Of a stretch of DNA of 64,000 nt, positions 37,322 to 51,399 are shown piece after piece. A program made the position numbers and the translations under genes. The notes under the pieces are model-generated. The model had not been told where the DNA came from. It ran no database searches and worked only from the letters and a program-made list of their open reading frames with translations. Each line of letters opens with the position of its first letter. Position 1 is the first letter of the stretch. The DNA lies in assembly GCA_030390025.1 (NCBI GenBank), contig CM059432.1, positions 116,810,001 through 116,874,000 on the forward strand, given 5' to 3'. This DNA comes from Squalus acanthias (taxonomy: Eukaryota).

Positions 37322-38262
37322 GTAAGTGGATGTATTTGCCGCTGATTAAGGTTCTTGGGATGCTGTTTAACCTGACTGGAGCAATCTCTGCATGTGAGAC
37401 AATCTTCCTGTAACTGCAATCCCAAACCACATATGGCATGTTATAACCAGGCTGTGGAATACTGAAGTCCTGCAATTTGCCTTAAATGACGTCTGATCGC
37501 ATAGTCTCATACCGAGTGACCATTTATTTTGTTTAGCAGAGTTATCACCCTTGAAGTTGCTCTATCAGCAGCCACACTTACACGTTGATCTCTTGTGGTG
37601 TTGCAAACAGGTAGCCAAGACCAAGTGCTGACTTCACGCTAAGCAGGGTTAGAGGGGGTGGGGGGAAACAACTGGATGTGGGGGAGGAGGACGAAGGGGG
37701 AAGGAAAGGAGTGGAGGGGGGAAGGAGGCTAGAGTAAAGGCGAGGGATACTACCTCAGGGGAGTTGGGAAAAGTACCTCAGCAGGTTCCGGTATTTTAAA
37801 AACTACATGGGTCGAATAAGCCCTGACTTTTTAAATAAACCTCAATTTCTCAAACAATTAAGAGGTTCTGATATTTCAAGTCTGAGGAGATCATGACTTT
37901 TTTAAAATTAAGAAATAAAGAAGGAATATGCCTCTCTGATGACAAGATTTCTTAATTTCTACACAGGCACTGATTTCTCAAGGTTGATTCCTGTAATAAG
38001 GCATTACAGTGTGACAAACAATTAACTAAGTTTAACATTGAAAACCCCTATCACAGTGCTGCCTAAAGCATAACGAGTATTGCATGTAATGTTGCAACCC
38101 ACCTTCTGTTTTTATAATTTTTTATAAATGTACTGTATATTACAACGTAACCTTCCCTTATGCTTTGCTTTTTTGTTGCTACTGTATTTAAGTGGTGTAG
38201 AAATGTTTTATTTTTATATATCATTTTAGATGCGTAGACCCATTATTTATTCTAGTCACATA

Positions 38263-38427
38263 GGCCCTGAAATTACACCATTGGCCACTCAGAAACCTTA
38301 ATGTTTTCATCTGAAATTCTCTCTGCTACTTAAAATAAATGGGCTAATGTCTCTGTTAAAATAGCAGAGAGGAGAATTTCAGAAAAAGCTTTCGTATGCG
38401 AGTATCTCACAGTGTAGTTTCGAGGCC
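38263..38427. mobile_element. Short hairpin MITE (related remnant at ~643-766)
   Basis: TIR GGCCCTGAAATTACAC / revcomp GGCCTCGAAACTACAC; internal inverted repeat GAAATTCTCTCTGCTA...TAGCAGAGAGGAGAATTTC. Confidence 0.7.
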
Positions 38428-38760
38428 ATTATGTTTTCTAAATCTGTGCACTTGGATTTTATCGCCGTGTTTGACACACTTGTAATGCTGTAAATGGGTG
38501 ATCATGCTTTAGTCTACATTTTCAGGCTGCCGGTATTGTAAAACTTCCTCAATAATAATAATTAGACTTAAATATTGGTATCTGCCACAGTATCGTTAGT
38601 AGTTTAATAATTTGTTTAACATTTTGCCATATCTATTTACAAATATTGGTGAAATTAAATTAACATTTATGATATTGGTGTACAACAGCCTGCCTTTAAA
38701 ATGTGATTATAAAGTTTTTATTATACTTTTGTGAAATGTCTTTTGCTATATCTCTTCCAG

Positions 38761-39003
38761 TTTAATATGGCACAGAATCTACTGCAGCTATTTTGCATGC
38801 AAAAAAAAGGCCTGGAAGCCCAAGGCTGTAGACATAGCCACTGAGAACCTGAGTAGAATTTCTATACAGGACAGACCAGCAGGATTTTGGAAGAAAGAGT
38901 ATATACGCAAATGTGCAGGCCTGGGCACAAGAGGAGTGGGGCAGTTGTTGAAACCCATTAACCGTTACACAGGATTACCGTCAAAGCTCAAAGAAGCTGT
39001 GAA
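38761..39003 (+). CDS. FBXO15: FBXO15 exon 4
   Basis: LIWHRIY...QDRPAGFWKKEYI...LKPINRYTGLPSKLKEAV, matching recalled FBXO15 QDKEAGYWKKEYI/LKPVNPYTGLP; canonical splice sites. Confidence 0.95.
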
Positions 39004-39971
39004 GTAAGAATGAACGTTCAGTACAATTTTATATTAGGAATTTAGAAGCAGGTGCAATGGGGAGAATTGTAATGCAAAGAATTTGAGAATATTTGGTGAT
39101 GTTGGACAGGTGGATTTTAACACTTGCTGTTTCCTCAAAGATGCTTTTTCCTTGCTGATTATTTTGAATAAAAGGCAATTGTGGTATGAATGTGATGTCA
39201 GTTAGGCCTCCATTGATCTCCTAAGCTTTGTAACCGTTAAAGAAATGTTTCTTATTAAGTGGATTACCAGACACACCTTGTTGCTTTATTTGGAAGAAAA
39301 TCTGAAGTATAATTCACTAATGCCATTCTTACTGTAGAGCCTCACAATAGGTGTGCAAAAATCCGAGCCATCTTGTGAAGTATTAGTGCGTTGGCTTTGC
39401 TGCTGCCAGAATGCAGTTGGGGTTTATGGTTTCAGTCACCGTGTTACTTCAGGTTGATACTTTTTTCCTTTTTGCTCTCTTTTCATCCACCCTCCCCCCC
39501 CACCCCCCCGCTCCCCCCGGCTAGCAGCGTAGCATCTACATAAATTGGAATTTATAGTATGAAACCATTTCAATTTTACAAAGCAAATTATCAGGGGAGT
39601 TCTCTTGGTGTCCGGGCCAATATTTATCCTTCACTTAAAAGAACAGATTATCTGGTCATTATCTCATTGATGTTTATGGGAGCTTGCTGTGCACTAATTG
39701 TCTGCCACGTTCCCTACATTACAACAGTGATCACTTCAAAAGTACTTAATTGGCTGTAAAGCCCTTTTTGGACGTCCTGAGGTTGTGAAAGGCGTTAAAT
39801 AAATGCGAGTCTTTTATATATCAACTTATGGTCCTTTTGAAAAATTAGTGAATATTTTAAATGAATTATTTGACTTCATGTATAGTGATTTTTGTATGAG
39901 CTGACATGACAGCTGGATGGACTTGCAGACAACTCTTAAAACATGATTTTGATGATAGCAGGAGGAATAAA

Positions 39972-40671
39972 GGCCTCTATATTAACCCCCCCACGACAGG
40001 TGGGAGCGGGTCAGGGGAGGGGGGGTGGTGGCGGTGAGGTTAAAGACTTAAATACAGGGAACACGTCCGGTGAATTTTTTACGGCGGCTGGTATCGGGGC
40101 GTCCGAGTGTTCCATCATGGAGAGGCGTGGCATTTAATCAACATATTTAAATTGGGCTTCCACAGTGCAATCGGGAGCCTGATTTAAAATTCACTGCTGC
40201 TGCATGGATTTCCCAAAGGGCGGGAAAGCCGGCAGTGAAAGGGAGGTGGGAGCTGCCGGCTGCACAAGGTAAGTGCAATTCTCAGTACTCTTTGTAGGCC
40301 AGGAGGATCAGGGGTGCTCCCCCACCCCCACCCGGCCCCTCTAGAAAGCCTTCGGCCTCCCCCCATCACCAATCTCTTCCTCTTTCCGCCCGCCCTCTCT
40401 TCCCCCCCCACCCCCCCCCACACATCATGGCCTCTTTTTTTTTCCCCTCTCCCTCCACATCACAGTCCCCTCACCCCGATTGCCGGGAAGTGTTGCCAGC
40501 TGCAGCCTCCTGCAGCTGTTGTTCCCTCCCGGCCGCTGGCCAAGCTGTCAATTTGCCCAGCTGCCCGGCGGGAAATGGAACAAAAGAATGATTGAGGTCC
40601 TGCCGTTAATTTCGGCCCTGGCTGTGCCGGGTTCTTTGGCCGTTTTCACCCTCCCCGTAAATATCTGGGCC
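39972..40671. mobile_element. GC-rich Harbinger-type non-autonomous element
   Basis: Imperfect TIRs GGCCTCTATATTAAC / revcomp GGCCCAGATATTTAC; TSD AAA. Confidence 0.7.
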
Positions 40672-42641
40672 AAAGACTTCGGAAAAATTGTATTAGGGTA
40701 CCAGTAGGCAAGTCACAGATTTCACACAGCTTAATTGCACACCGGAGCTATCCTCACTTAACAAATGATAGCTGACTGCTGCATTTGAACTTTTGCATAT
40801 AATGGATAGTATGGCAGATGATACTACACAGGTAGAAGAACCAATATATAAAACTTCAGTGTGTCTGAAATTTGGATGTATCAAGAATGTTTAGGTGCAG
40901 ATGCAACAGTTCTTGTGTGTACAAATGAGTTCTGTGGTACTGCTCCAGTTTTGTTCTTGTAGGCAATTAAACAGCCTGACTATATTTCTTTACTGTGGGC
41001 TCTGTCTACACATCCTCGTTCACTGCCCAACAGTAATGAGTAGCACTGAGCCTTCTTGAGAATTCCCACTTTTTTTTTAACCCGCAGTCTTCACCAGTTG
41101 CTTGTCCCAGTAGATCAGCTGTGATTACTGACCCAAGGAATAAATCTTTGTAACTGAAGACTTTGCTACCCTACAGGTTAGTGGGTAATATCATGGTCCA
41201 CCTTTCTCAACATGGAATTGTTGACTGTCTTCTCAGCACTGAGTTAGGGTTAGGGTGTATCCAGCCCAACTAATAATCAAGAGGACAACTGCTCAGTGAG
41301 GCCAGGAAGCCATACCCTGCTGATGGTTCTGTAAAAATGGAGGCCTACGTCTTTACATTCATAAATATAAACAGAAAATTCTGGAAAGAGTCAGCAGGCC
41401 GGGCAGCATCTGTGACCTGCTGAGTATTTCTAGCATTTTCTGTTTATATTTCAGGTTTCCAGCATCCGCAGTATTTTGCCTTTTGCTTTACATTCACATT
41501 GGGTATCGCGAGAATAGCTTTATTTCTGATCCGCAAAATAGAGTGCATCAAGTCAGCCAATTTTGCTCTGGTGCCAAAATTGCAAACATACAACGGACAA
41601 TGTGAATTAGTTTTTGCAGCAGCTTCTAGTTGACTAGTTTCCTTCCTGGTAGTATATATTAGTTTGTATTTATCAGCTTTGATTTTGATTCCCTCTTGTG
41701 AACAGGTGCGATACTTGTCCGGCAGCCAAGCAGCCTGACTCATACATTAACACTAACTCACGGCAACCTATAGTATATAGTCTAGTTCCCACCTAGATTA
41801 AACATAGTCTTTAATTCCTGGTTGAAAGTCTGCCTTTTCCTATAGACATTGAGGCAATGAAAGTCATTCTGTGGCTTGGGAACTCAGTCCATCATCCATT
41901 TGACTGGGTCCTTTTATATATCAAAAAATTACAAACATGACTGGACCAAATTAATCACAGGATTGGACCTGTCAAAGGGAGTGACGTTTTACTGGATGGG
42001 CAACGACAAGGACAGTTGAAATACATAAGCCATAGAGCAGCTAGTTCATCAGAGAGAAAGCTCTGAGAACCATTGTGCATCTTTTAAATTTGGGCTAAAG
42101 GTTTCTCTTGGATCAAACTTCATGCCTGATCGTGATTAGGTTGTTACGACTCAGTGGGACCTTTCTTGGCTAAGACCAGGTGCCGTGCTCTACCATAATC
42201 TCAACTAAGATCAGCTAACTGAGCACCGATCAGCGACTTGAATTTGAAATCTCTCTGGTCCGTATGGCTCATTTATGTGCCCAAGAAGCGCCTTGGGACA
42301 TTTAGGTGCTTTATAAATGCAAGTTGTTGTTGTCATGATACCTAAAGAAGAATGAGGATTTCTCTGTGTCCTGGCCAACATTCCTCCCTCAACCAGCGCA
42401 CTCAAAAAATAGTTTAACTGGTCAGTCCATCATTTGTGTTTATGGGACCTTGCTGTACCCAGATTGGGCTGCCATGGTTCCCTAGATAACAGTGCCTACA
42501 CTTCAAAAGTAATGCTTGGCTATGAAGAACTTTGGCATGTTCTGTAGCGGTGAAATGTGCTAAGTAAATGCAAGTTCTTCTTTGTTTTGAAATTTAGCTG
42601 TAATGCTAACTGCTGGTAGAAAGAAAAAAGGAATATTCCTC

Positions 42642-43131
42642 GGGGCTAATTTTCATTCCTTCTGCCGGATGGGAATGAGGCAGTAGTGCGCTTAAAATAA
42701 CACCGTAGCACTTACTGCCCTGCTGATTTTGAGGTTGATTCTGTTTTGGTTGGGATCTTGAAATAGGATGCCCAGGTGCCCATTAACAGGCGGAAGCCTC
42801 ATTAGCCCATGCAAATCAGGGTCCTATGATATCAACAGGACTCAGATGCAATTTTGAAGTACCAATGAGCGGAGCGTCCTGAAAGGGACCTGTTCATACT
42901 AATCAGCAAAAGGCGAAGAAAGATTTGATATAATTTTTGTGGGGTCCTCAAAAATATATCCAACCCCTCCCCAACTTCGCTGGACAGAATGGGCTCCGTG
43001 TGGAGCTTCTAGATTTTCAGCCCCCTCCGATTGACTGCTCCATTGTGCATCGGGCCGCTTCCATTAGGTGGGCTGCAGGCTCACTCTGCCCCCTTGCGCC
43101 AAATGGAAGCAGTTACACAAAAATCGACCCG
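42642..43131. mobile_element. Degenerate Harbinger-type MITE
   Basis: GGGGCTAATTTT...AAAATCGACCCG ends; degenerate. Confidence 0.45.
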
Positions 43132-43157
43132 CTTGTGTCTCAAAACTTTTCACACGC

Positions 43158-44150
43158 TGCAGGAGTTCCTCAGGACAGTATCCTAGGCCCAACCATCTTC
43201 AGCTGCTTCATCAATGACCTTCCCTCCATCATAAGGTATGAAGTGGGGATGTTCGCTGATGATTGCACAGTGTTCAGTTCCATTCGCAACTCCTCAGATA
43301 ATGAAGCAGTCCGTGCCCGCATGCAGCAAGACATGGACGACATTCAGGCTTGGGCTGATAAGTGGCAAGTAACATTCGCGCCACACAAGTGCCAGGCAAT
43401 GACCATCTCCAACGAGAGAGTCTAACCATTGCCCCTTGACATTCAACGGTATTACCATCACCGATCCCCAACCATCAACATCCTCGGCGGGTCACCATAG
43501 ACCAGAAACTTAACTGGACCAGCCACATAAATACTGTGGCTACAAGAGCAGGTCAGAGGCTGGGTATTTTTGAGGTGACTGTCTCACCTCCTGACTCACC
43601 AAAGCCTTTCCACCATCTACAAGGCACAAGTCTAGAGTGTGATGGTATACTTGCCACTTGCTTGGATGAGTGCAGCTCCAACAACACTCCAGAAACTCGA
43701 CACCATCCAGGGCAAAGCAGCCCGCTTGATTGGCATCCCATCCACCACCTTAAACATTCACTCCCTCCACCACCGGCGTACCGTGGCTGCAGTGTGTACC
43801 ATCTACGAGGTGCACTGCAGCAACTCGTCAAGGCTTCTTCGGCAGTACTCCCCAAACCCACGACCTCTACCACCTAGAAGGACAAGGGCACCAGGTGCAT
43901 GTGGACACCATCACCTCCAAGTTCCCCTCCAAGTCACACACCATCCTGACTTGGAAATATATCGCCGTTCCTTCATCATCGCTGGGTCAAAATCCTGGAA
44001 CTCCCTCCCGAACAGCACTGTGGGAGTACCTTCACCACACGGACTGCAGCAGTTCAAGAAGGCGGCTCACCACCACCTTCTCAAGGGCAATTAGGGATGG
44101 GCAATAAATGCTGGCCTTGCTGGCGACGCCCACATCCCAGGAACAAATTT
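43158..44150 (+). mobile_element. CR1/L2-group LINE, second family, 3' part
   Basis: GVPQDSILGP, MFADDC and LHHRRTVAA motifs; 3' UTR with AATAAA. Confidence 0.88.
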
Positions 44151-45386
44151 TTAAAAATACAATATTTTGGTTAAAGGATAGCATCTACAGTGCAGCACAC
44201 CATCCATACTGTAATGGAGTGTATGCCTAGAATAGGCACTAAAGTTTTACTTGGGACTTGATTCCAGAGCCTTTTGACTCGGGTGAGTAAAACCAAATGA
44301 GCCAAGTCAACGAGTGAGGTTTTTTGAAAAGTTTTTCTGATGCTTCTATTTTTGACATGGCTAAATCAATACAGTTTTATCTCAATTATCTTCGGTGGGG
44401 CAATAAAAATCTTGTTCAGTTCTTCAAAGGCGTTCTATTTTTCCATCGCTCTTTCAAGTCTAACCAACAGCTTTTACCTTTTGCTCCCTCCAGTCTTGTT
44501 GACATTCTTGACTTCACTCTTTTAGCTTTGAAGAAGCTTTATTTCTTTCATGGCAAGCACTCCCCCGCGCCCCCCCCCCCCCCCCACCTTCTGAATCTCT
44601 TTGCTTTCTATAAAGCCTGCATCTGTATAATACTTGAATAACACTCCTATATGTGATTAGGCTCTTCTGGAGAGCATATAAGGAGAAAGCTAGTCCCCTG
44701 AGAGGTAATTCCCCCTCATCTCTGATTTGCAATCTCTCTTGTTCACTCTACCACTGTGGTTAATGCTCTTCTAAACTATACATTTGTGTTTCTCAAGCTG
44801 CATTCTACCTCTTTGTGTTGAAACCAAGACTCATTGCAAGTCTCCTACTCTAAACTCATTGTTTTGCAGGACTAACAGTTTTTGCACTTTTCTTTCACTT
44901 CCATTGTCAGTCCTTTAAAACCCAAGCTAAACTATCTCCGTTCTTTTTACACTTTTCAACCATCCTAATGTCTTGGACTGTGGTTTAGCATCTTGGTTTC
45001 TCAATTTAAAAAAGGTATATGATTTTCATGTTATTGTTCTTCACATAGTTTAGTAATGCACTCTTATCTGGTCGTATGGAAAATTGTGAAGATTTTCAAG
45101 ATATTTAATACTTTTTATCTTGAGAAGTCAGATGACAGAAAACAATCATTTACTGTTGTAACCATTTCCCCACAATTTAAAGGAGAGATGAAGAATTAGT
45201 GGTGCTAAAATACATAAGTTATTCAAACATTTAAAAAATTGATGCAGTATTCTAAGAGCACACTGAAAAAGATTGACTTTAAAACTAACCAAGCTTGTAG
45301 GGTGTGGCTAATTCTAACGACTGTAATCAAATTGACCATAGCAATAAGTTACAATTAACTGCCTAAAAAATGTTTTGTATATACAG

Positions 45387-45593
45387 AGCTCTTGGAATCA
45401 CTTGGGTGGTTGTTCTTCGAGAAAGAAATGGGAAGGAACATGTCCAAGAGCAGAGTAAGGCCTACTTCTGTGATACATCTGCTACTGTGTGTTGGAACGG
45501 TGCAGTTTGGCCACCTCTTTCTAACCTCAAGGCACTCTGTGTGTATGGAGTCACACCATTGTTCCCTCCAAGTAAAACTCCTGCAATGAATGG
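45387..45593 (+). CDS. FBXO15: FBXO15 exon 5
   Basis: ALGITWVVVLRERNGKEHV...DTSATVCWNGAVWPPL...GVTPLF; ACAG acceptor and GTAAG donor; phase 2-2. Confidence 0.93.
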
Positions 45594-46962
45594 GTAAGAT
45601 TACTAGAGAACACACGGCGGAACGTAACCAAGTTAACTACTCATGATGTTTATCTGCACTGCATTGTTGAGGGAGTGCAGATGGTGAACCCAATATAAGG
45701 CTGATTTTTTTTTTGCTCTCTGCCCTGCTCCCAAATAGTATCCAAAAAACTCTTTTAACGCAGAGGGGAAATGGGTATTAATCCTTTGCTCCCATTTTGA
45801 TCCTAAATAACATTGCACTTACTCTGTGGCTTTTCTCGTGTCTGCACCTGAAGTGGGTGCTGCAAAGTCAGTTTCATGCAAATGAATTTGTGATCTCTGC
45901 ACTCAAGTTTCCTTTAATAAGAAGTCTTGTGGCCCTGGGCACCAAGAACATTTGGAAGTCCTCCACACTCTTTCTTCCCACTCACAACCCGCCTCATCCA
46001 TTAAAATGCATGGAAACAATAGACCCGTAGCATGCTTACACGCTGCATGAATAATAAAGCAGATGATATCACGATATACTACGTTTATATGAAACTGATC
46101 CAGCTGTTACATGCAGCTTTTCTGCATTTTGGTGAGTTTTAAGGGGACCTCATATTTGGCTAGGCTCCCTGGGCAAGGGCCCCATAGGGTCCTGCTTTAA
46201 TCTGACCCTGCCTCTAATAGCACCGGGTGTAGTTCAGGGGCAAACTGCTCCCAGAAAAACACGGCGCTACCGAATCCAGATCGGCTGTATTGCTGCTATC
46301 TATCATGAAGGACAGGCTGGTGTTCTCAAAAAAAGTTTTTTATATTTGGCTTTTTGAAGAAAAAGCAATTTTTCTGCTTCAGAACTTGTTGCAGAATGCT
46401 GTTGGTGATAGAGGCAGTGTTCGGTACTGTGCCACCCCCACCATTTCTGCAATTATGGCTTATTTGGACTGGACGAGGGGGAAACAACCACAAGCCCCCT
46501 TGACAGCTGCTGAAATTGTTTGGTCTCTCCTGAGTCACCAGCAATTGGTTCCTTACTACAGAATAGGACTGCTATTTCCCTCCCCTCCCTGACCATAAAC
46601 CTGTTCCATGCCACCTGCAATAAAGAGAAACCTCGCGGTGCTTAATCAGACTATGTATTGACTTAAACTCTTAATTAGTCTTTAAGTATTCAGTCAGCTC
46701 TGGAAAATTATGTCTTAATGTTGCAGTTCTAATGTGCCAAATTGTGCAGCCACTTACTTCTCTGTCACTTAGGAAATTACAACTCATGGTTGCATATGTT
46801 TTTACTTTGTGATATGCAGTCACTTTTAGATTAGATAAGTACATGAAGATAAATACTTTAGTCCAGAAAACCATTGAGGAATGATTTACTGTTTTGAGTA
46901 CTGCACCTTTTTGTTTTCTCAATTTTATCAAACTGATTAGAATGAGTGGAGGGAGTGGGGCG

Positions 46963-47093
46963 ATCATAGAATCATAGAAATTTACAGCATAGAAGGAGGC
47001 CATTCAGCCCATCTTGTCCGTGCCGGCCGACAAAGAGCTATGCACCCTAATCCCACTTTCCAGCACTTGGTCCGTAGCCTTGTAGGTTATGGC
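46963..47093 (-). mobile_element. CR1 3' tail
   Basis: Near-identical to 27587-27712. Confidence 0.8.
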
Positions 47094-47429
47094 GATCTTA
47101 GCACCAGCAGTTTTGCCCTTTGTTGGTGCATAAATATATTTGATTTTATTTAAACAAGCCGTGCCATATAAAATCGGTTTCAACTGAATGGAAAATAAAA
47201 TTATTTTAAATGAAGAATTGATATTTTAAATATAATCTTCCCCCCATCCTTCCCTACCCAGCCACTTATTAAATATGTATAGCCATTATGTGCATGTTCA
47301 TCCTCTTCTTTTGCTCCCTGCTTTTGATCTGGTGCATCATCGCACATACCTCGTAGGTCACTATTAGTATCCAAATTTTATCAGTGGAGATTTTCTTTTG
47401 TCACCCATGTGATCAACCTACGGTGCTTT

Positions 47430-48830
47430 TCTTGTAAGGCGTACCAACTCTACTACTCCTGAGGTGTTCCCGCAGTGGCTTCAGCAGAGCACGTGGAAAG
47501 CTGCTGATGCTCGTGTGAAGACCCTTGAGGTGATTGTAGCTGACGTGTTTTGGGCGCTCGAGCCTCTGAGGACCTGGCTACAGCACTTCGCTGCTGCCAG
47601 GGCAGTCTGGCTCAGCTGGCGTTCTGGCATCGTGGTTGATATTGATTGAGGGGGTGCCAAGGATGCAGATGTGCTAACCTCCTGAGAGGGGGCAACACGT
47701 ACTGCTCCCGCTCTGGCACTGCCACTTCCGGGGGGTGGGGGCTCATTACTTCCATTCATCTGCAGGAGAGCAGACTGCAGAAGATGAGTGACATCTTGAA
47801 AGCCCCCATCCATTTTCTCCGTCAATCTACCCAAGGCGGTTGTCTGCTTCATCAAGGCAGAGCACAGGTTTGAGCCTAGAGTCTGCATGCCGGCTGTTTG
47901 AACTTCTGCTAAAGCAGCAAACCCTGTGAACATTGACTCCTGTTGTGAGGGCCCAGCTGCAGCGTCCCTGGAGGGGGCCACGCTCTCCAAGTTAGACTGC
48001 AAGGTGCTGATGCCGATGCCATGATACCACACAGGCTGGAAGCAGACTCCTCCACACTTTCAGCCATGGTGGTAAAACTCAGTGGCAGGCCTTCCAATAC
48101 CTCGTGCAACTGCTTGTGTGAAGCAAGCAGTTTTCTTCTCGTTGCTGGGCCCCGTAAGTCCGAATCTCTGTCCTCCACTGCAGAGCTGGAAGAGGACTGT
48201 AGGCTGTCTGCTGGACTGTCCCTGCCACCAGTAGCTGCTGCTGCTGCTCACTAGTGCTGGGTGTGCAAACTCCTCCACCTTGCTCTCTAACCCAGCTGGG
48301 TTGTTAATCACTGTGCTAGTGCTTGGGAATGATGGAGTGTGTGTCTCCTTAGAAGGGATTCTTGTGAGTTCATTGAAGGACCTGGAGGTAGTGCTTCTGT
48401 CGCTGATGACCTTAGCAATCTCTTCCCGTACCTGGTGGACTTGGTTTTTGAGGATCTTCTTGGCACTGGCTGTGAAGAGAACTTCTCTCCTCACCCTGAC
48501 TTCTTCCAACACGACCTCTAGGGAGGTCATCTGAGATCCTGAGGGCTAGCCTGCGCCTCATGCTGCTACAGTTTCTTGCTGCATCATCCCAGCAACAAAA
48601 TCTTGCAGAAAGGAATGCAACTTTGCTTTTAAGAAGTGTTTTTCTACTTTAAATAGGCCTTTGGCTGATGTGCTGAAATTTGTACTCCGGAAGAGGGTGG
48701 GTTTCATGGCGGGTCAGTGAATTGGATGAATAGCCCACCCGTGAGATTAAAATGAGGCCTGGGAGTTAAAATACCCTGGGCCTGTTTTTGGTTGGAGCAA
48801 AACTCACCCGGTGAACGTTTCTAATCCTGG
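47430..48830 (-). pseudogene. Degenerate Harbinger Myb/SANT gene remnant
   Basis: SLEVVLEEVRVRREVLF...FNELTR Myb-like piece. The downstream AGPS/low-complexity region resembles the C-terminal part of the intact Myb gene. Frameshifted; bounds approximate. Confidence 0.6.
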
Positions 48831-50247
48831 CCACTGTAGAGAGGTTTTTTTTTAATTAATTCTCGGGATGTAGGTGGCATTTATTGCCCATCTCTTGTCG
48901 CCATTGAGAAGGTGATGGGCCTTTATGAACTGTTAGTAACGATTTGATACAATTAAGTGGCTTGCTAGGCCAATTCAGAGGGCGATTAAGAGTCAACCAC
49001 ATTGCTGTGGGAGCTACATATAGGTTCCCTTCCTTCTCTAAAGGACATCAGTGCACCAGTTGGGTTTTTACGACAAGTCGACAGCTTCATGAGCTCTTTT
49101 ACTGGTACCTTTTTATTACCAGATTTTTAATTTTTTTTAAAACAGAATTCAAATTCTCACACTGCCATAGTGGGATATGAACTCATGGGCCTCGATATTA
49201 GCATGGAGCCGGGGTGGGGGGGGGGGTGCGGGAGGGGTGATAGCAGGCGACGAACGCGCCCCACATCGTGGGACGTGTAGGAATGTCCAATTTCAATTGA
49301 GATGCCTCATTATTATTTTACATCCGGGTTTCGTGTCTCCACTGCGCTGCGTGTGAGCAGATGTGACGCGGACCCCCATGACGTGATTTCACCGTAACTA
49401 TTTAAAAGACCAATCCAGAAATGAAATGGAGGAGGAGGTTTAGAGTGTCTGATATAGAAAAATCAATGAGGAATTGGAAAATGACTGAGAAGAGGAAAAG
49501 CCGGGACAAGATTCTCTGATGCGTCTTTGGATGTGCTGCTGGAGGCAGTAAGGAGCAGGAGCGAGGTGCTGTTCCCAGCTAGTGGTGAAAACAAGCCTAC
49601 TGCCATCACCATTGCAGAACTGGCTGGAGGTGGTAGAGGAGGTCAGCAGCATGAGTGTCACTCCTAGGTCGTGGATTCAGTGCCGCAAGCGGTTCAATAA
49701 CCTGACCAGGACAAGAAAGGTGAGCATAAGACTATGGGCTAAAAATTCAGTTGGTTGCGCCTCCCGTTAGCGCCTTAAGAGGGCGCTAATGGGGCGCAAA
49801 GCAGCTAGCGCGCAGGCGCGCCGAAGTTTGCGCCGCTCGCGAACTTAACTAGACATTTTGCGGCGGCGCTAAACTTAATCGCCACGATCTCCTGCGCACG
49901 CAGATTCTGACGTCATACGAGGGTGCAACGCCCTTGTGGCGCCCCGGAGCAGAAATTGAGTGGCGCCCCCATCCTTACCGCCTGGCGCATCCAACGACCG
50001 GAAGACTGGAACGCTATCAATCGCTGTGGGGCTGGGGGGGGGCGCTATTTAAAGGGGGCCTCTTCCTGTCTTTCTCTGTGGTTGACATTTTTGCACCACT
50101 CGTTCTGAGAGAGAGAGAGAGATTCGGAGAGAGAGAAAGAGAGACTTCTGCATTGAGTCAACGCTGTGTGAGGTAGTTTTGGCTACTGATCATAACTTCG
50201 CTGGTACTTTGGTTTTTGGCCTTCATAACTTTGCTTGCTAAGAGACT

Positions 50248-51399
50248 ATGGGGGCTGCACTGATTGGGGGCGTCGTCCTGCGCCAGCTGAATCGGAGGAC
50301 ACAGAGACGCAGAGAGAGAGTGGCAATGATGGCCAGACGGAGGAGGGCCAACAGGTGTCTGTACAGGAGAGCTTACCCTCTCAGGGTATATCGTGACCAG
50401 CTCTCCTACATTCATATGTCTGATGAGCAGTGTTTGCGAAGGCTGCGCTTCAGCAAGGAGGTGCTCACTGAGCTCTGCCACCTGCTGCAGCCAGATCTGC
50501 AGCCTGAACTGAGGTCCAGGACGTCTCTGTCGGTGGCAGTGAAGATCACAGTGGCTCTGAACTTTTATGCTACTGGCTCATTTCAATCTGCTGCTGGGGA
50601 CCTCGCCAATATCTCCCAGTTCGCTGTCCATTGCTGCATCCGTCACGTCACAAATGCCCTCTTTAAAAGGAGACGAGAGTACATCTCTTTCCCCATGACC
50701 CCAGACAAGCAGCATGAACGCGCTCTGGGCTTTGCGAGGATAGCGGGCTTCCCCATGGTGCAGGGCGCCATTGACTGCACGCATGTGGCTTTGCGTGCTC
50801 CGCATGAGAATGCCGAGGATTTCCGGAACAGAAAGGGGTTCCATTCCTTGAATGTTCAGTTGGTCTGTGACCACAGACAGCTGATACTCGCTGTCAATGC
50901 CCACTATCCTGGCAGCTGCCACGATGCTTTCATCCTGCGCCAGACTACTGTGGCAGAACTTTTCGAGGCACCGCATCAGCCAGTTGGTTGGCTTCTCGGG
51001 GACAAGGGGTATCCACTGAGCACCTGGCTGATGACACCGCTCCGTACGCCCAACACCCCTGCTGAGCTGCGGTACAACGAGAGCCATCAAGCTACCAGGA
51101 ACATCGTTGAGCACACAATCGGCGTGCTGAAGCAACGGTTCCGCTGTCTGGACCATTCTGGAGGAGCCCTGCAGTACTCGCCTGAGCGAGTTTCCAACTT
51201 CGTAGTTGTGTGCTGCATGCTGCATAACATGGCAATCCTCAGGACCCAGCCAATGCCACCAGGCCTTGGAGCACCACCAGAGGAGGAGGAGGAAGAGGAG
51301 GAGGAGGATGATCATCAGCAGCACCAAGGCGTGAGGGCGGCCCACAATGGTGAAACTGCAAGGGCCGTCCGTCAACGGCTGATAGCAAGCCGCTTCTAG
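50248..51399 (+). CDS. Harbinger (HARBI1-like) DDE transposase, 383 aa
   Basis: Uninterrupted ORF with GAIDCTHV, NRKGFHSLNVQLVCD, PGSCHDAFIL, LLGDKGYP and NIVEHTIGVLKQRFRCL motifs; TATA-like TATTTAAA at ~50046. Confidence 0.95.
   Translation: MGAALIGGVVLRQLNRRTQRRRERVAMMARRRRANRCLYRRAYPLRVYRDQLSYIHMSDEQCLRRLRFSKEVLTELCHLLQPDLQPELRSRTSLSVAVKITVALNFYATGSFQSAAGDLANISQFAVHCCIRHVTNALFKRRREYISFPMTPDKQHERALGFARIAGFPMVQGAIDCTHVALRAPHENAEDFRNRKGFHSLNVQLVCDHRQLILAVNAHYPGSCHDAFILRQTTVAELFEAPHQPVGWLLGDKGYPLSTWLMTPLRTPNTPAELRYNESHQATRNIVEHTIGVLKQRFRCLDHSGGALQYSPERVSNFVVVCCMLHNMAILRTQPMPPGLGAPPEEEEEEEEEDDHQQHQGVRAAHNGETARAVRQRLIASRF

Noticed and set aside
50248..51399. Host HARBI1 gene
   Set aside because: Flanked by TIRs and a TSD and paired with a Myb gene, so it is a transposon, not the domesticated gene.
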